Shown here piece after piece: positions 18,928 to 27,712 of a DNA stretch of 36,229 nt. The DNA is from an uncultured virus (IMG/VR IMGVR_UViG_3300042566_001492) (lineage: Duplodnaviria; Heunggongvirae; Uroviricota; Caudoviricetes), in the IMG/VR virus record IMGVR_UViG_3300042566_001492; one strand, written 5' to 3'. How positions within the stretch are numbered: the stretch's first letter is position 1; every line of letters starts with the position of its first letter. The position numbers were made by a program, and so were the translations under genes. The notes under the pieces are model-generated. The model searched no databases, was not told the origin of the DNA, and saw only the letters and a list, made by a program, of their open reading frames with translations.

Positions 18928-19718
18928 TTGTATATAATTATTAAATTCTTTAATTTACCAATGAACCTGTGTTCAACAATCTCTCTCCTATTTATACTAG
19001 ACCTTTCATGTTCACTAACAGATAAAACAGAACATCCTTTATATCTATCTCCTAAATAATCAACTACTCTTAATATAACTTCTCTTACCTCATCAAAAGA
19101 AAATCCATCATAGTCTCTGTAATCAGATAGATAAATACAAAGTATTTTATCACCACGTTCTACATGGGGAAGATTCATACCAGAACCCGGTATATGACCC
19201 CACCCAGGAAACTCAGGATCATCATATATCTTTATACCAAATCTACCATCTGTTAATTCATAACAAATCTCAGTAAGATCCTCTCTTACATTAGTACCAG
19301 ACATTGATTCTTGAATTTTATCAGCTGGGAAAATAGTTTCTAATTTAGGCATCTCATCATATATTTCAAACTTATCATATCCATATTTCTTATAGTCTTC
19401 TGGTATAAGTATTAAATAATTATCATTAGGATTTTTAGTAAATTGCTTAACTGAAAAATCTATAACTTTATCATCTATCATAGGAGCAATATGAGCTTCA
19501 ATATTAGAATCAAAATAAACTACTTTAACATTCAAATCTTTTGATTTTGCCCATTTGTAAAACTCACCAGTAAACCAAGCACAATTGGCTTTATTTTTAT
19601 CAAATGATTCTCCAAATCTAAGATCATAAACTTTAGACATATCAGCAATAAACTGATTAGCTATAGTGTCTAACTTAAACATCGATTCAAATATTTTATA
19701 TGGAGTTAAATGTTTCAT
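18924..19718 (-). CDS. N-tagged protein: possible papain/transglutaminase-like domain plus family domain
   Basis: MKHLTPYKIFES; NCAWFT...AHIA...VIDFSVKQF; EICYELTDG. Confidence 0.75.
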   Translation of the reverse strand: MKHLTPYKIFESMFKLDTIANQFIADMSKVYDLRFGESFDKNKANCAWFTGEFYKWAKSKDLNVKVVYFDSNIEAHIAPMIDDKVIDFSVKQFTKNPNDNYLILIPEDYKKYGYDKFEIYDEMPKLETIFPADKIQESMSGTNVREDLTEICYELTDGRFGIKIYDDPEFPGWGHIPGSGMNLPHVERGDKILCIYLSDYRDYDGFSFDEVREVILRVVDYLGDRYKGCSVLSVSEHERSSINRREIVEHRFIGKLKNLIIIYK

Positions 19719-19766
19719 TGAAGTATATATAAATTAGTATCATTATAAATTAATCCGTATATTTGT

Positions 19767-20264
19767 ATGATGATAATACCCGCTTATTATACTCCAAATG
19801 AACTTGACTTAAAAGGAAGACTTCCAGAAGACTTACCTAACCGTACAACTATTGATGATATTCTTCTTGAATTAGAAGACACTAATCTATTTAATATAAG
19901 ATGGATAGACCCATCACAATTTGATTGGAAACCAAATAACAAAAACTATAGTCAATGGATAGAAAGTGGTAAAGCTGTTGTTCATAAAGCGAAATTTGAT
20001 AAACCATTACAATTTACGGGTGAATTCACCGAATCAACTATTAGAATTGAAGAAACACGTTATGATATCTTTAGATATCCTCAACGATTAAATATAGAAT
20101 ACAAAGGTGAGCAATCAAAGCCTAATTTTAATTATATTTATGAATTATGTAAAAGTGTTTATGAAAGATTATCAAACTATATCGGAATTGACGTAATACA
20201 AAATCAATTTCTTTACACTAACTTTCAGATCGATTTTATGATATCTGAATGTAAAATTATTTAA
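19767..20264 (+). CDS. Untagged DILxELxD family protein
   Basis: IDDILLELED; TATATTTG 19758-19765 upstream. Confidence 0.75.
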   Translation: MMIIPAYYTPNELDLKGRLPEDLPNRTTIDDILLELEDTNLFNIRWIDPSQFDWKPNNKNYSQWIESGKAVVHKAKFDKPLQFTGEFTESTIRIEETRYDIFRYPQRLNIEYKGEQSKPNFNYIYELCKSVYERLSNYIGIDVIQNQFLYTNFQIDFMISECKII

Positions 20265-20265
20265 T

Positions 20266-20844
20266 ATGAAAATACATAAATTAGAAGATGGAGATATCAT
20301 TAAGATATTACCAATGATTGATGTTAATGATAAGATTGTTTGGTTTAAGCAATTAGACGCCGCTCATATTAATACTATTATTTTTGATACCAAAAGATAT
20401 CTTAAAAGAATTTCATATGAATTAAGTAGAACCGGTAGAGTTAAATTACCTATTAGTACCAGATACTATATGAACATATTTGTAGATGGTGAAATAAAAT
20501 TATTACATGTTGGTAGAACCTTATTCAATCTAATATCAAATAGTTGTGGATTATTTGATATTAAGTCAGATTATCATATACAGATTGTAAGACAAGAAAG
20601 TATGGGATTTCCTATTTATGATAAATCCACCGTGATTAGAAAAAGTTGGACACCACCAGTTGATATTGATTCCGAAGAAGAATGGTTAAACTGGATTAAA
20701 TCTAATCAACCTGACTTAATAAGTTATATAAATAATAATAGTATATTTGTTCATAAACAATTACTTATTGAGTATTTGGGTAAAGATATGTTATCTGAAT
20801 TAATATCAGAAGACAGACAAAAAAAACTAAATCAATTGATATAA
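20266..20844 (+). CDS. Divergent gp32-like ssDNA-binding protein with C-terminal tag
   Basis: IKILP, RYYMNIFV, GRTLFNLI, LFD, GFPIYDKS recall the T4 gp32 core; ends DRQKKLNQLI. Confidence 0.5.
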   Translation: MKIHKLEDGDIIKILPMIDVNDKIVWFKQLDAAHINTIIFDTKRYLKRISYELSRTGRVKLPISTRYYMNIFVDGEIKLLHVGRTLFNLISNSCGLFDIKSDYHIQIVRQESMGFPIYDKSTVIRKSWTPPVDIDSEEEWLNWIKSNQPDLISYINNNSIFVHKQLLIEYLGKDMLSELISEDRQKKLNQLI

Positions 20845-20921
20845 CCAATCTGATTTTTAGTTATACAGTTGTTTATATCCAACGAATTCCTTATCTTTGT
20901 AGTATAAATCCACTACACATT

Positions 20922-21608
20922 ATGACTCAATTCTCTATTAACGAAAGATTCAATTTTTTACAAGACCTCACCAACATGGTGATATATGATGTTACACCTT
21001 CACTTATTGTGACTGGAGAAGGTGGTCTTGGTAAAACTCACTCTGTGTCTCAATCTATTGACAATGCTGGTTTAGAAAATAGTGAATTTGTATTCTTTAA
21101 GGGTTACTCAACCGCTCGTGGCCTTTACAACACTCTTTATGATAACAATGGTAAACTAATCATCTTTGACGACTGTGATTCTGTCTTAGAAGATAAAGTA
21201 GCCTTAAACATACTTAAATCAGCCTTAGACTCTTATGGAAGTAGAACTATCTCTTGGATGGCTAAGATGAATAAAAACGATGAATATCCTCAACAATTCG
21301 ATTTCACCGGACGTATTATCTTTATCTCTAATAAGACTAAATCATCTATTGACGGGGCTATTCTTTCACGTTCATTAACAGTTGATTTAACTATGACTCC
21401 TGATGAAAAGATTGAAAGAATGTCTACAATACTTCCAAACATCTTACCTGAGTATGATGATCAGATTAAAGTAGAAGCTCTTGATTTCTTAGCTGAGAAT
21501 AAAACAGTTGCTAATATCAATATGAGAACGTTTATTATGGTTACCAAAATGAGATTCTCTAATCCAGAGAACTGGATGAATATGGCTTCTTATATGTTGA
21601 ACTCATAA
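20922..21608 (+). CDS. AAA+ family P-loop ATPase
   Basis: Walker A GEGGLGKT, Walker B IIFDDCD, sensor IFISN, Arg finger LSRS. Confidence 0.85.
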   Translation: MTQFSINERFNFLQDLTNMVIYDVTPSLIVTGEGGLGKTHSVSQSIDNAGLENSEFVFFKGYSTARGLYNTLYDNNGKLIIFDDCDSVLEDKVALNILKSALDSYGSRTISWMAKMNKNDEYPQQFDFTGRIIFISNKTKSSIDGAILSRSLTVDLTMTPDEKIERMSTILPNILPEYDDQIKVEALDFLAENKTVANINMRTFIMVTKMRFSNPENWMNMASYMLNS

Positions 21609-21635
21609 TACAGAATTCCAAACGGAATTCTGTAT
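21608..21635 (-). repeat. Palindromic repeat A, copy 1 (perfect hairpin)
   Basis: ATACAGAATTCC-aaac-GGAATTCTGTAT. Confidence 0.75.
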
Positions 21636-21691
21636 ATTAACTAAAATTTTATTACTAAAAGTTGTTTTTGTGTAATAAAAATACTATCTTT

Positions 21692-21723
21692 ATACCATTG
21701 GGTTTGGATACCATTGTGTTTGG
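21692..21723 (+). repeat. 16-bp tandem repeat upstream of the tRNA-like gene
   Basis: ATACCATTGGGTTTGG ATACCATTGTGTTTGG. Confidence 0.85.
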
Positions 21724-21768
21724 TTTAGTTGATATAAGGAGTCCAACACTGTTGAATCGATTTATTAT

Positions 21769-21874
21769 AGTCAGGTGGCGGAATTGGTTAGACGCTGAAT
21801 TAACGAGTGGATAGTGTGCCATTGGGGAAGGGCCAAGAAAGTTACACATACAGGTTCGAGTCCTGTCCTGACTA
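21769..21874 (+). tRNA. tRNA-like RNA, Leu/Ser-type D-arm, anticodon undetermined
   Basis: Acceptor AGTCAGG/CCTGACT+A, D-arm GGCGGAATTGGTTAGACGC, T-arm ACAGG-TTCGAGT-CCTGT; central region oversized. Confidence 0.7.
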
Positions 21875-21900
21875 CTAGCTAATATATTATCAAAGAAATA

Positions 21901-22395
21901 ATGAGATTAAAACAAATTAAAGAACAAATAACCACTAACACTGCCACTATTAAGAAATTACAATCCGAGATATCTAAACTATCTCAAGAGAACGTAAAAC
22001 TAAATAACGGATACGATGATAAACTAATCGAATACTTCAAGGAGTATATTGAACTGGGTACTACTTATAATGTAGTTAATAAATATTTTTATTTCACAGG
22101 TGTACAAACCGGTGTTAAAAAAGATGATAAATACTACTCACCTAACTTCAATGATGGTGATACATTCGAGTTTATTAAAAAGAATGCCAAGTCTATTGTT
22201 ATTAAATGTACAAAGAAAGTTCACTCAACGTACAACAATGGTTCTGTAACAAAACGTATAGAAAATAACCCAGGTTGGACCTTTCGTATAGAAACAGAAT
22301 CATTATATCAAAATTTAATTAAAGACGAAGTTTTCAAAGATTCGTTTAACAAGTATGTAATGAGAAAAGAAGCCTTACAATTATTAGGTATATAA
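21901..22395 (+). CDS. Coiled-coil hypothetical protein with C-terminal tag
   Basis: Ends MRKEALQLLGI. Confidence 0.8.
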   Translation: MRLKQIKEQITTNTATIKKLQSEISKLSQENVKLNNGYDDKLIEYFKEYIELGTTYNVVNKYFYFTGVQTGVKKDDKYYSPNFNDGDTFEFIKKNAKSIVIKCTKKVHSTYNNGSVTKRIENNPGWTFRIETESLYQNLIKDEVFKDSFNKYVMRKEALQLLGI

Positions 22396-22397
22396 GC

Positions 22398-22428
22398 TTT
22401 GTAATATGGATCTTTATCCTTATCTTTG
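22398..22428 (+). promoter_or_regulatory. Bacteroidota-type promoter
   Basis: TTTG 22398-22401, 19 nt, TATCTTTG 22421-22428. Confidence 0.7.
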
Positions 22429-22433
22429 TTATG

Positions 22434-22521
22434 TCAAAGATGAGGTAGTAGCGGCAACTCCAATCTCACAGACGGGCGAGGGTAAGACCACGAAGTAAAT
22501 CAAGGGCAGGCTGTTTTTTTT
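22434..22521 (+). ncRNA. Candidate small RNA
   Basis: GC-rich non-coding tract between a consensus promoter and a T-run; TGAGGT/ATCTCA and ACAG/CTGT pairings. Confidence 0.45.
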
Positions 22522-22532
22522 ATAAAAATACT

Positions 22533-22558
22533 TACAAAAATCCATTCAGAATTTTGTA
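22533..22558 (+). repeat. Palindromic repeat A, copy 2
   Basis: TACAAAAATCCATTCAGAATTTTGTA; its TTTG is the -33 box for TATCTTTG 22576-22583. Confidence 0.75.
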
Positions 22559-22610
22559 AATCTGTATATTATCCGTATCTTTGTAGTATAATAATAAAAA
22601 CCACTACACT

Positions 22611-23066
22611 ATGTCTATCCCTTACACAGCAACCACTTTAGCCATCAAAGGTTACTCTGAGTCCCTTCTCGCTAAGTCTGAAACTCGCGACTGCGTTGTT
22701 AGAGCCATAGCATCAGCTTATGACATACACTATGATAAAGCTCACCAGTGGGTAGCAACTACCTTTAATAGAAAACCTAAAAGGGGAACTTATGGTTTTC
22801 CTCAAGGTATGAATAGAATGTCTGATAACAACACCCGATTCAACTATAAGAAGACTAAGACTATTGACTCTAAGTTCCTAACAACCAATGGTGGTAAATC
22901 TAAAATGTCTGTTGGTACCTTCGTTAAAGAATATGATAAAGGCACATACATCATAAGAGTGTCTGGTCACGCTTTCACCATTAAAGATGGTTCAGTTATC
23001 GGAAATCCTAATGATGCTACACAACTAAGAAAAGTGGTTAAGAATGCTTGGAAGATAGGTTCTTAA
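22611..23066 (+). CDS. Phage protein with possible Cys-His peptidase-like dyad
   Basis: DCVVRAIA ... YIIRVSGHAFTIKDG. Confidence 0.7.
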   Translation: MSIPYTATTLAIKGYSESLLAKSETRDCVVRAIASAYDIHYDKAHQWVATTFNRKPKRGTYGFPQGMNRMSDNNTRFNYKKTKTIDSKFLTTNGGKSKMSVGTFVKEYDKGTYIIRVSGHAFTIKDGSVIGNPNDATQLRKVVKNAWKIGS

Positions 23067-23112
23067 ATTGATATACTTGATAGTCTCTGTTCCTGTAATT
23101 AATATATAACTA

Positions 23113-23997
23113 ATGAAAAAGTTATTGTTTTTATTACTTATTATTCCAGCAACATCATTTGCACAAATATCACAACCAGATACATTAAAACTCACTGATA
23201 AAGAGTTGTTTGGTGAAAGTGGTAACTTAAACAATGTAGGAGTATTACAATCTTATGTTAATTTCTCAAAAGATGTTCTTTCAACATCAAACCTTTCAAT
23301 TGGCGTAATAGGAAGACAAGTATCTACCACTCTTAACTTAGGATATAATAGATCATCATTTGATGAAAAATGGGAACATAAATTCTTACTATCAGTAAAC
23401 CCAGTTTGGAAATACTATGGTATAGGATGGGGTATTAGTAGAAACCTAGAAAAAAGAACAACTACTTTACAAACATTCTATTCAACAGACTTTAAATTTC
23501 AAAATGATATTACCCTATCATTTATAGATATAATCAGAACTAAAAAGTGTGGAACATTTGGTTATAGTTTAGTAGCATCTAAAACATTTTGGGGTAGCTA
23601 TGAAGGTCAATGGCAAGGTGAATATATTGTTGATACAAACGGTAACTGGGTATCTAATGTTTATCCAATAATGTCTCCTTCTAGTGAAATGAATTATAGA
23701 GGTATGTTAATGTACACATACACATACAAAACAAAGTTAGTTAATATATCTCCTCAGTTATTTTTTATGAGTGATGTTTATAAAATATTTAAAGATAATA
23801 CGTTAAACATAGCTTATCTAAATAAATTTAACCTAGACTTATATTATGGCACATCTTTAGATTGGAAAATTACTAAGAAATTTGTACTGAATACTAATAT
23901 TAGATTTAACACAACCCTAGATAAATCATCAGAACAAGTTGGATATAAAAAAGCTAATCCTATCCTATTTATGATAGGAACTAATTTCGAGTTCTAA
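23113..23997 (+). CDS. Putative outer-membrane beta-barrel protein
   Basis: Signal peptide ending SFA/Q, alternating beta-strand pattern, C-terminal IGTNFEF; TAATATATA 23100-23108. Confidence 0.75.
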   Translation: MKKLLFLLLIIPATSFAQISQPDTLKLTDKELFGESGNLNNVGVLQSYVNFSKDVLSTSNLSIGVIGRQVSTTLNLGYNRSSFDEKWEHKFLLSVNPVWKYYGIGWGISRNLEKRTTTLQTFYSTDFKFQNDITLSFIDIIRTKKCGTFGYSLVASKTFWGSYEGQWQGEYIVDTNGNWVSNVYPIMSPSSEMNYRGMLMYTYTYKTKLVNISPQLFFMSDVYKIFKDNTLNIAYLNKFNLDLYYGTSLDWKITKKFVLNTNIRFNTTLDKSSEQVGYKKANPILFMIGTNFEF

Positions 23998-24014
23998 TAT
24001 TACAATAAAAACTT

Positions 24015-24214
24015 ATGAAGATATTTTGTTACGGGTCTAATATGAACACCGAAAGAATAACCGAAAGATGCTCTTCTTCTCGTTTTATTAGTCGTGCTAA
24101 AGTTAATGGCTGGAAGTTACTCTTTAATAAAAGAAGTAAAGATAAATCCGGTAAAGCAAATCTAATTTATACCGGTGATATGAGTTCAGTATGGGGAGGT
24201 TAATGTTAGGTGAT
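24015..24214 (+). pseudogene. Internally deleted copy of gamma-glutamylcyclotransferase gene
   Basis: First ~61 codons match 25408..25857, then join directly to GGTTAATGTTAGGTGA, the 3' end of the full gene. Confidence 0.85.
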
Positions 24215-24281
24215 TATGATACTCAGTTATATGTAGTTTTTCTAAATTAATATTTAATATATAGTAAAAAAAACATATGAT

Positions 24282-24737
24282 ATGAAATATGTAAAGCTAT
24301 TTGAGGATTGGACAACAACCATTGATAACACACACATTGGTCATTGGTTGGCTAAGTTAGAGCATTTTTTAATATCACAAAATATAGAAGTAGAGAAGTT
24401 TTCTCATAATATACTTTTTGAGCGTGATTTTCAACCTGATAGAGTCAGTATTGTATTATGGGATGGAGGTCCATATAATCTAAGGATTATGTTTAGTAAT
24501 AAATTAGGAATCGGAAAAAGTTTGCATGATGTTGATGGGAACAAAGTGAAAGATTTGAAATCGTTAATTATGGATTTCTACAATAGACACGTTAAAGAAG
24601 TGGCCGGTAATGAATTTATGGGTCATAAACCAGCCTTAAGAGTAAAATTTATTAATGAAGAAACCATGTTATATCGTGTAGTTGAAGAAGCTACTATATT
24701 AAAATTTGACTATTATTCCCGGTCGTACGGTTCGTAG
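24282..24737 (+). CDS. Hypothetical protein with N-terminal tag
   Basis: MKYVKLFEDW; TAATATATA 24255-24263. Confidence 0.8.
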   Translation: MKYVKLFEDWTTTIDNTHIGHWLAKLEHFLISQNIEVEKFSHNILFERDFQPDRVSIVLWDGGPYNLRIMFSNKLGIGKSLHDVDGNKVKDLKSLIMDFYNRHVKEVAGNEFMGHKPALRVKFINEETMLYRVVEEATILKFDYYSRSYGS

Positions 24738-24766
24738 AATGGGTTTAGAAAAAAAATTAGACTATT

Positions 24767-25411
24767 GTGAAACACTTAAAATTATTTGAAGATTGGAGTC
24801 CTAATTTAGGTTATAATGAATCCGAGAAAGAACAGTTGAAAACAGACTATGAAAAGTATGTAATGTCTAAAGATTATATTCCTAATCTTATAGAAAAAAA
24901 AATACAAGAAGCTTTTTCTAATCATCCAATATTACACCAAATAAAATTTAGTGTTGAATGGGAGCCTACTCCTTTTGACGAACTAATTAAATTTAACTCT
25001 GATATGGGTTTAAACCTATTGTCACCAAACAGCCATCTTTTAGATGTTTGTGTTGCTGGATGTCTTAGAATAATTGCTGATAAGTATTTTACAGTAAAAC
25101 AAGATGATTACTCAGACGAACTAGCTTTGATAATGGAAAGAATTTCTTCAGTTTTAGCAAAAGCGACCCAAGATTTAAATGGAAAGTTAATATTACCACC
25201 AAGTCAATATTTAGAAGATTCTAGTCATGGTCCAATCTGTTTTTTAAGAAACAAAACAAAAGCAACACATCCTGCTTTTACAGGGATGCCAGATGATGAT
25301 TCATTTCCAGGAAGAAAAGGTTACAATCCGTCATCTAATAAAAAATTGACAATAACTACTTGGTTATGTTTAGATAAGAACGAATACTTAGGTGATATAA
25401 ATAAGTTATGA
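24767..25411 (+). CDS. Hypothetical protein with N-terminal tag
   Basis: GTG start, MKHLKLFEDW. Confidence 0.8.
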   Translation: MKHLKLFEDWSPNLGYNESEKEQLKTDYEKYVMSKDYIPNLIEKKIQEAFSNHPILHQIKFSVEWEPTPFDELIKFNSDMGLNLLSPNSHLLDVCVAGCLRIIADKYFTVKQDDYSDELALIMERISSVLAKATQDLNGKLILPPSQYLEDSSHGPICFLRNKTKATHPAFTGMPDDDSFPGRKGYNPSSNKKLTITTWLCLDKNEYLGDINKL

Positions 25412-25857
25412 AGATATTTTGTTATGGTTCTAATATGAGTTCTGAGAGGATAACTGAGAGATGTTCTTCTTCCAGTTTTATTAGTCGTGCTAGTGTTATT
25501 GGTTGGAAGTTATTATTTAATAAAAGAAGTAAGGATGGTTCTGGTAAGGCTAATTTGGTTTGGACCGGAGATGAGAGTTTAGTGTGGGGTGTTATATTTG
25601 ATATAACAGAGGATCAGAAGTCTATATTGGATAAGTTTGAGGGTTTGGGATGGGGATATGATGAGGTGAAGATTCGTGTTATAAATGATTTAGGTGAAGA
25701 GGTTGAGTGTGTTTGTTATATAGCAACTGATGGTAAGTATTTAGATAATAATCTAAAGCCATATGATTGGTATAAAGAATATTGTTTAATAGGTGCTAAA
25801 CAACATAATCTACCTGAAGATTATATTTTGACATTGAATGGGGTTAATGTTAGGTGA
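25408..25857 (+). CDS. Gamma-glutamylcyclotransferase (AIG2/GGCT-like)
   Basis: FCYGSNM, VWGVIFDI, LDKFEG, GAKQHNLPEDY. Confidence 0.85.
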   Translation: MKIFCYGSNMSSERITERCSSSSFISRASVIGWKLLFNKRSKDGSGKANLVWTGDESLVWGVIFDITEDQKSILDKFEGLGWGYDEVKIRVINDLGEEVECVCYIATDGKYLDNNLKPYDWYKEYCLIGAKQHNLPEDYILTLNGVNVR

Positions 25858-25881
25858 TAGTGGAACAGTGTTCTTTAATAA

Positions 25882-25907
25882 TACAAAAATCCGTTCATAA
25901 TTTTGTA
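25882..25907 (+). repeat. Palindromic repeat A, copy 3
   Basis: TACAAAAATCCGTTCATAATTTTGTA between convergent genes. Confidence 0.75.
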
Positions 25908-25919
25908 AATATTGATGTA

Positions 25920-26345
25920 TTATACCTTAACAACAAATAATAAATTTCTTAATTTGCTTGAGTTCAATGGATAATGGCTAAAATCTATACCAATGAACTC
26001 ATTAAAATCTACTTCTATTTGTGACGAAGGAGTTGGTTCTTTGACATAAAGTGCTTTAACTGAATTAATACCTAAAGATTCTAAATACTCTTTCATTCTG
26101 ATAAACTCATCCTTAACCTCATCACTCACCTTTAATGCAGTATCAGTATAACCAACAACTCTTATGTAGAATTTACCTGTTCGTGTAAAATAGGTTGGGT
26201 CTTCTGTAATACTTATATCATAACCCATATCAGATATAGGTAATAAGATATCTTTTATTGTTTGTTTTATCTCATCAATATTAGATTCATCAACACTCTC
26301 GTTAAACCTCTTTAAGTATTCACTCTTACTTTGTAAGTATTTCAT
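25920..26345 (-). CDS. N-tagged DILxELxDxG family protein
   Basis: MKYLQSKSEYLKRFNES; KDILLPISDMGYDISI; TAATATATA 26351-26359 (-). Confidence 0.85.
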   Translation of the reverse strand: MKYLQSKSEYLKRFNESVDESNIDEIKQTIKDILLPISDMGYDISITEDPTYFTRTGKFYIRVVGYTDTALKVSDEVKDEFIRMKEYLESLGINSVKALYVKEPTPSSQIEVDFNEFIGIDFSHYPLNSSKLRNLLFVVKV

Positions 26346-26391
26346 ATATCTATATATTAATAAGTAATAATAAATCTTTAGATATTAATAA

Positions 26392-26416
26392 TACAAAAAT
26401 CCGTTCAGAATTTTGT
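26392..26416 (+). repeat. Palindromic repeat A, copy 4
   Basis: TACAAAAATCCGTTCAGAATTTTGT. Confidence 0.75.
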
Positions 26417-26628
26417 TTTTATTTATTCTTTGGTCTCTGTGGGTCACCACCCTTAACATAACTCGGGACCTCTAAGATATGTTTAACCATTCCTCTAAGA
26501 ATCTTTAACTCTAATCTAAGGGGCTGATACTCGTCACCATCAGAAGAAATATCAAATAGGAAGATTAACTTTACTCAACATTTGATTTGATACGTGTGTG
26601 TATATTTCTGTGTTATGTGTAATAAAAA

Positions 26629-26841
26629 TTAAACTTTCACTAATTCATCTTTACTGAATTCCATTTTTCCAAATCTACCTAAATCAACCCAATAAGACCA
26701 AGGGTCTTCAAGTATCCTTGTGTTCAATTTAATTATGTCATAAACCTTTCCTCTTGGACTTCCTTCAAATGAAGGTATCTCAACAATATCTCCAATTTTT
26801 ATCTCTGATATGTTTTCGTTAAATTTTCTAATATGTTTCAT
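26629..26841 (-). CDS. Small N-tagged SH3/KOW-like protein
   Basis: MKHIRKFNEN from ATG 26841; IKIGDIVEI. Confidence 0.75.
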   Translation of the reverse strand: MKHIRKFNENISEIKIGDIVEIPSFEGSPRGKVYDIIKLNTRILEDPWSYWVDLGRFGKMEFSKDELVKV

Positions 26842-26960
26842 AGTAATATGTTTAATTTTTACTAACACATAACAAGGTGTATATGTAAGTTTTTTATTTA
26901 GTTCATGAGTATATATTAAAGTTTAGAAGAGAAAACCCACTCACTGTTATATATGTTCAT

Positions 26961-27098
26961 TTATTTCTTCTTCTGATTGAATAAATAAACCCAACTTACT
27001 TTCAAGTATTTTTCTCTGAAAGTTCTGTCACTAATAATACGTCCTGTAATCTCTGACTCTAACTCAATAATCCTTGATATAATTTCCTGATCCGTCAT
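26961..27098 (-). CDS. Small hypothetical protein (45 aa)
   Basis: MTDQEIISRIIELESEITGRIISDRTFREKYLKVSWVYLFNQKKK*. Confidence 0.4.
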   Translation of the reverse strand: MTDQEIISRIIELESEITGRIISDRTFREKYLKVSWVYLFNQKKK

Positions 27099-27316
27099 AC
27101 TAATTATATCTCTCTTACGGCTTTTTGTTTTTACAAATCAGAGCAAATCAAAGTCGGTCAAAGCCAGTCTGAATGCGTAAAAATAAGTCGAAAAAATAGG
27201 GTCGTCTAGAACGTACTGGGGGTAAGGGTTTCAGACGATGATGTATATACGGATCAGTACCTTATGATAGGTTTGAGAAGAGACTGATGGGCGTCGATAG
27301 GATTCACTCAAAATTA

Positions 27317-27342
27317 TACAAAATTCCGTTCATTTTTTTGTA
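27317..27342 (+). repeat. Palindromic repeat A, copy 5
   Basis: TACAAAATTCCGTTCATTTTTTTGTA. Confidence 0.7.
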
Positions 27343-27391
27343 TGTTTTTTACTACCTTAAAACTTCGCCAGAATTCTACCATAAAACTAAT

Positions 27392-27712
27392 ATGAATGAG
27401 TTTGATAAATTAAGAACAATTATCACCCTAAAGAAGTTAATAATTCACCATCAGTATTGGGAGTTAGCAGCTTATTTAAGGGATAGGGAAAGAACCGAAT
27501 TCCATAATATTAGTATAGATTTATCTAATTGTATACCTAAGAATATTACTATATCCGATTATCTTTATATGATAGTTTTATTAGATGAGTGGGAGTCTTA
27601 TAAGATATCATTAGTAGATGAAGACCATCAGATTCTTTCTATAAGAGAATTAGTTGAGGGGGAGTTTATCGATATAATACGTCAGATAAAGTTAAGTTCT
27701 ATTCTAAAATAA
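27392..27712 (+). CDS. Hypothetical protein with UVR-like motif and C-terminal tag
   Basis: ATG 27392; QYWELAAYLRDRE resembles the UvrB/UvrC motif; ends IRQIKLSSILK. Confidence 0.7.
   Translation: MNEFDKLRTIITLKKLIIHHQYWELAAYLRDRERTEFHNISIDLSNCIPKNITISDYLYMIVLLDEWESYKISLVDEDHQILSIRELVEGEFIDIIRQIKLSSILK

Noticed and set aside
21769..21874. Calling the RNA tRNA-Leu(TAA) or tmRNA
   Set aside because: TAA is not in a canonical anticodon loop; too short for tmRNA and it has a full D-arm
18108..26345. Diversity-generating retroelement behind the paralog family
   Set aside because: No reverse transcriptase and no near-identical template/variable repeat pair differing only at adenines was seen
27287..27391. 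Upstream starts given by the ORF track (27287; also 10589, 26868, 30371, 31930, 35658)
   Set aside because: Extensions run through promoter or repeat motifs, or precede the tag; downstream ATGs match the tag and motif spacing
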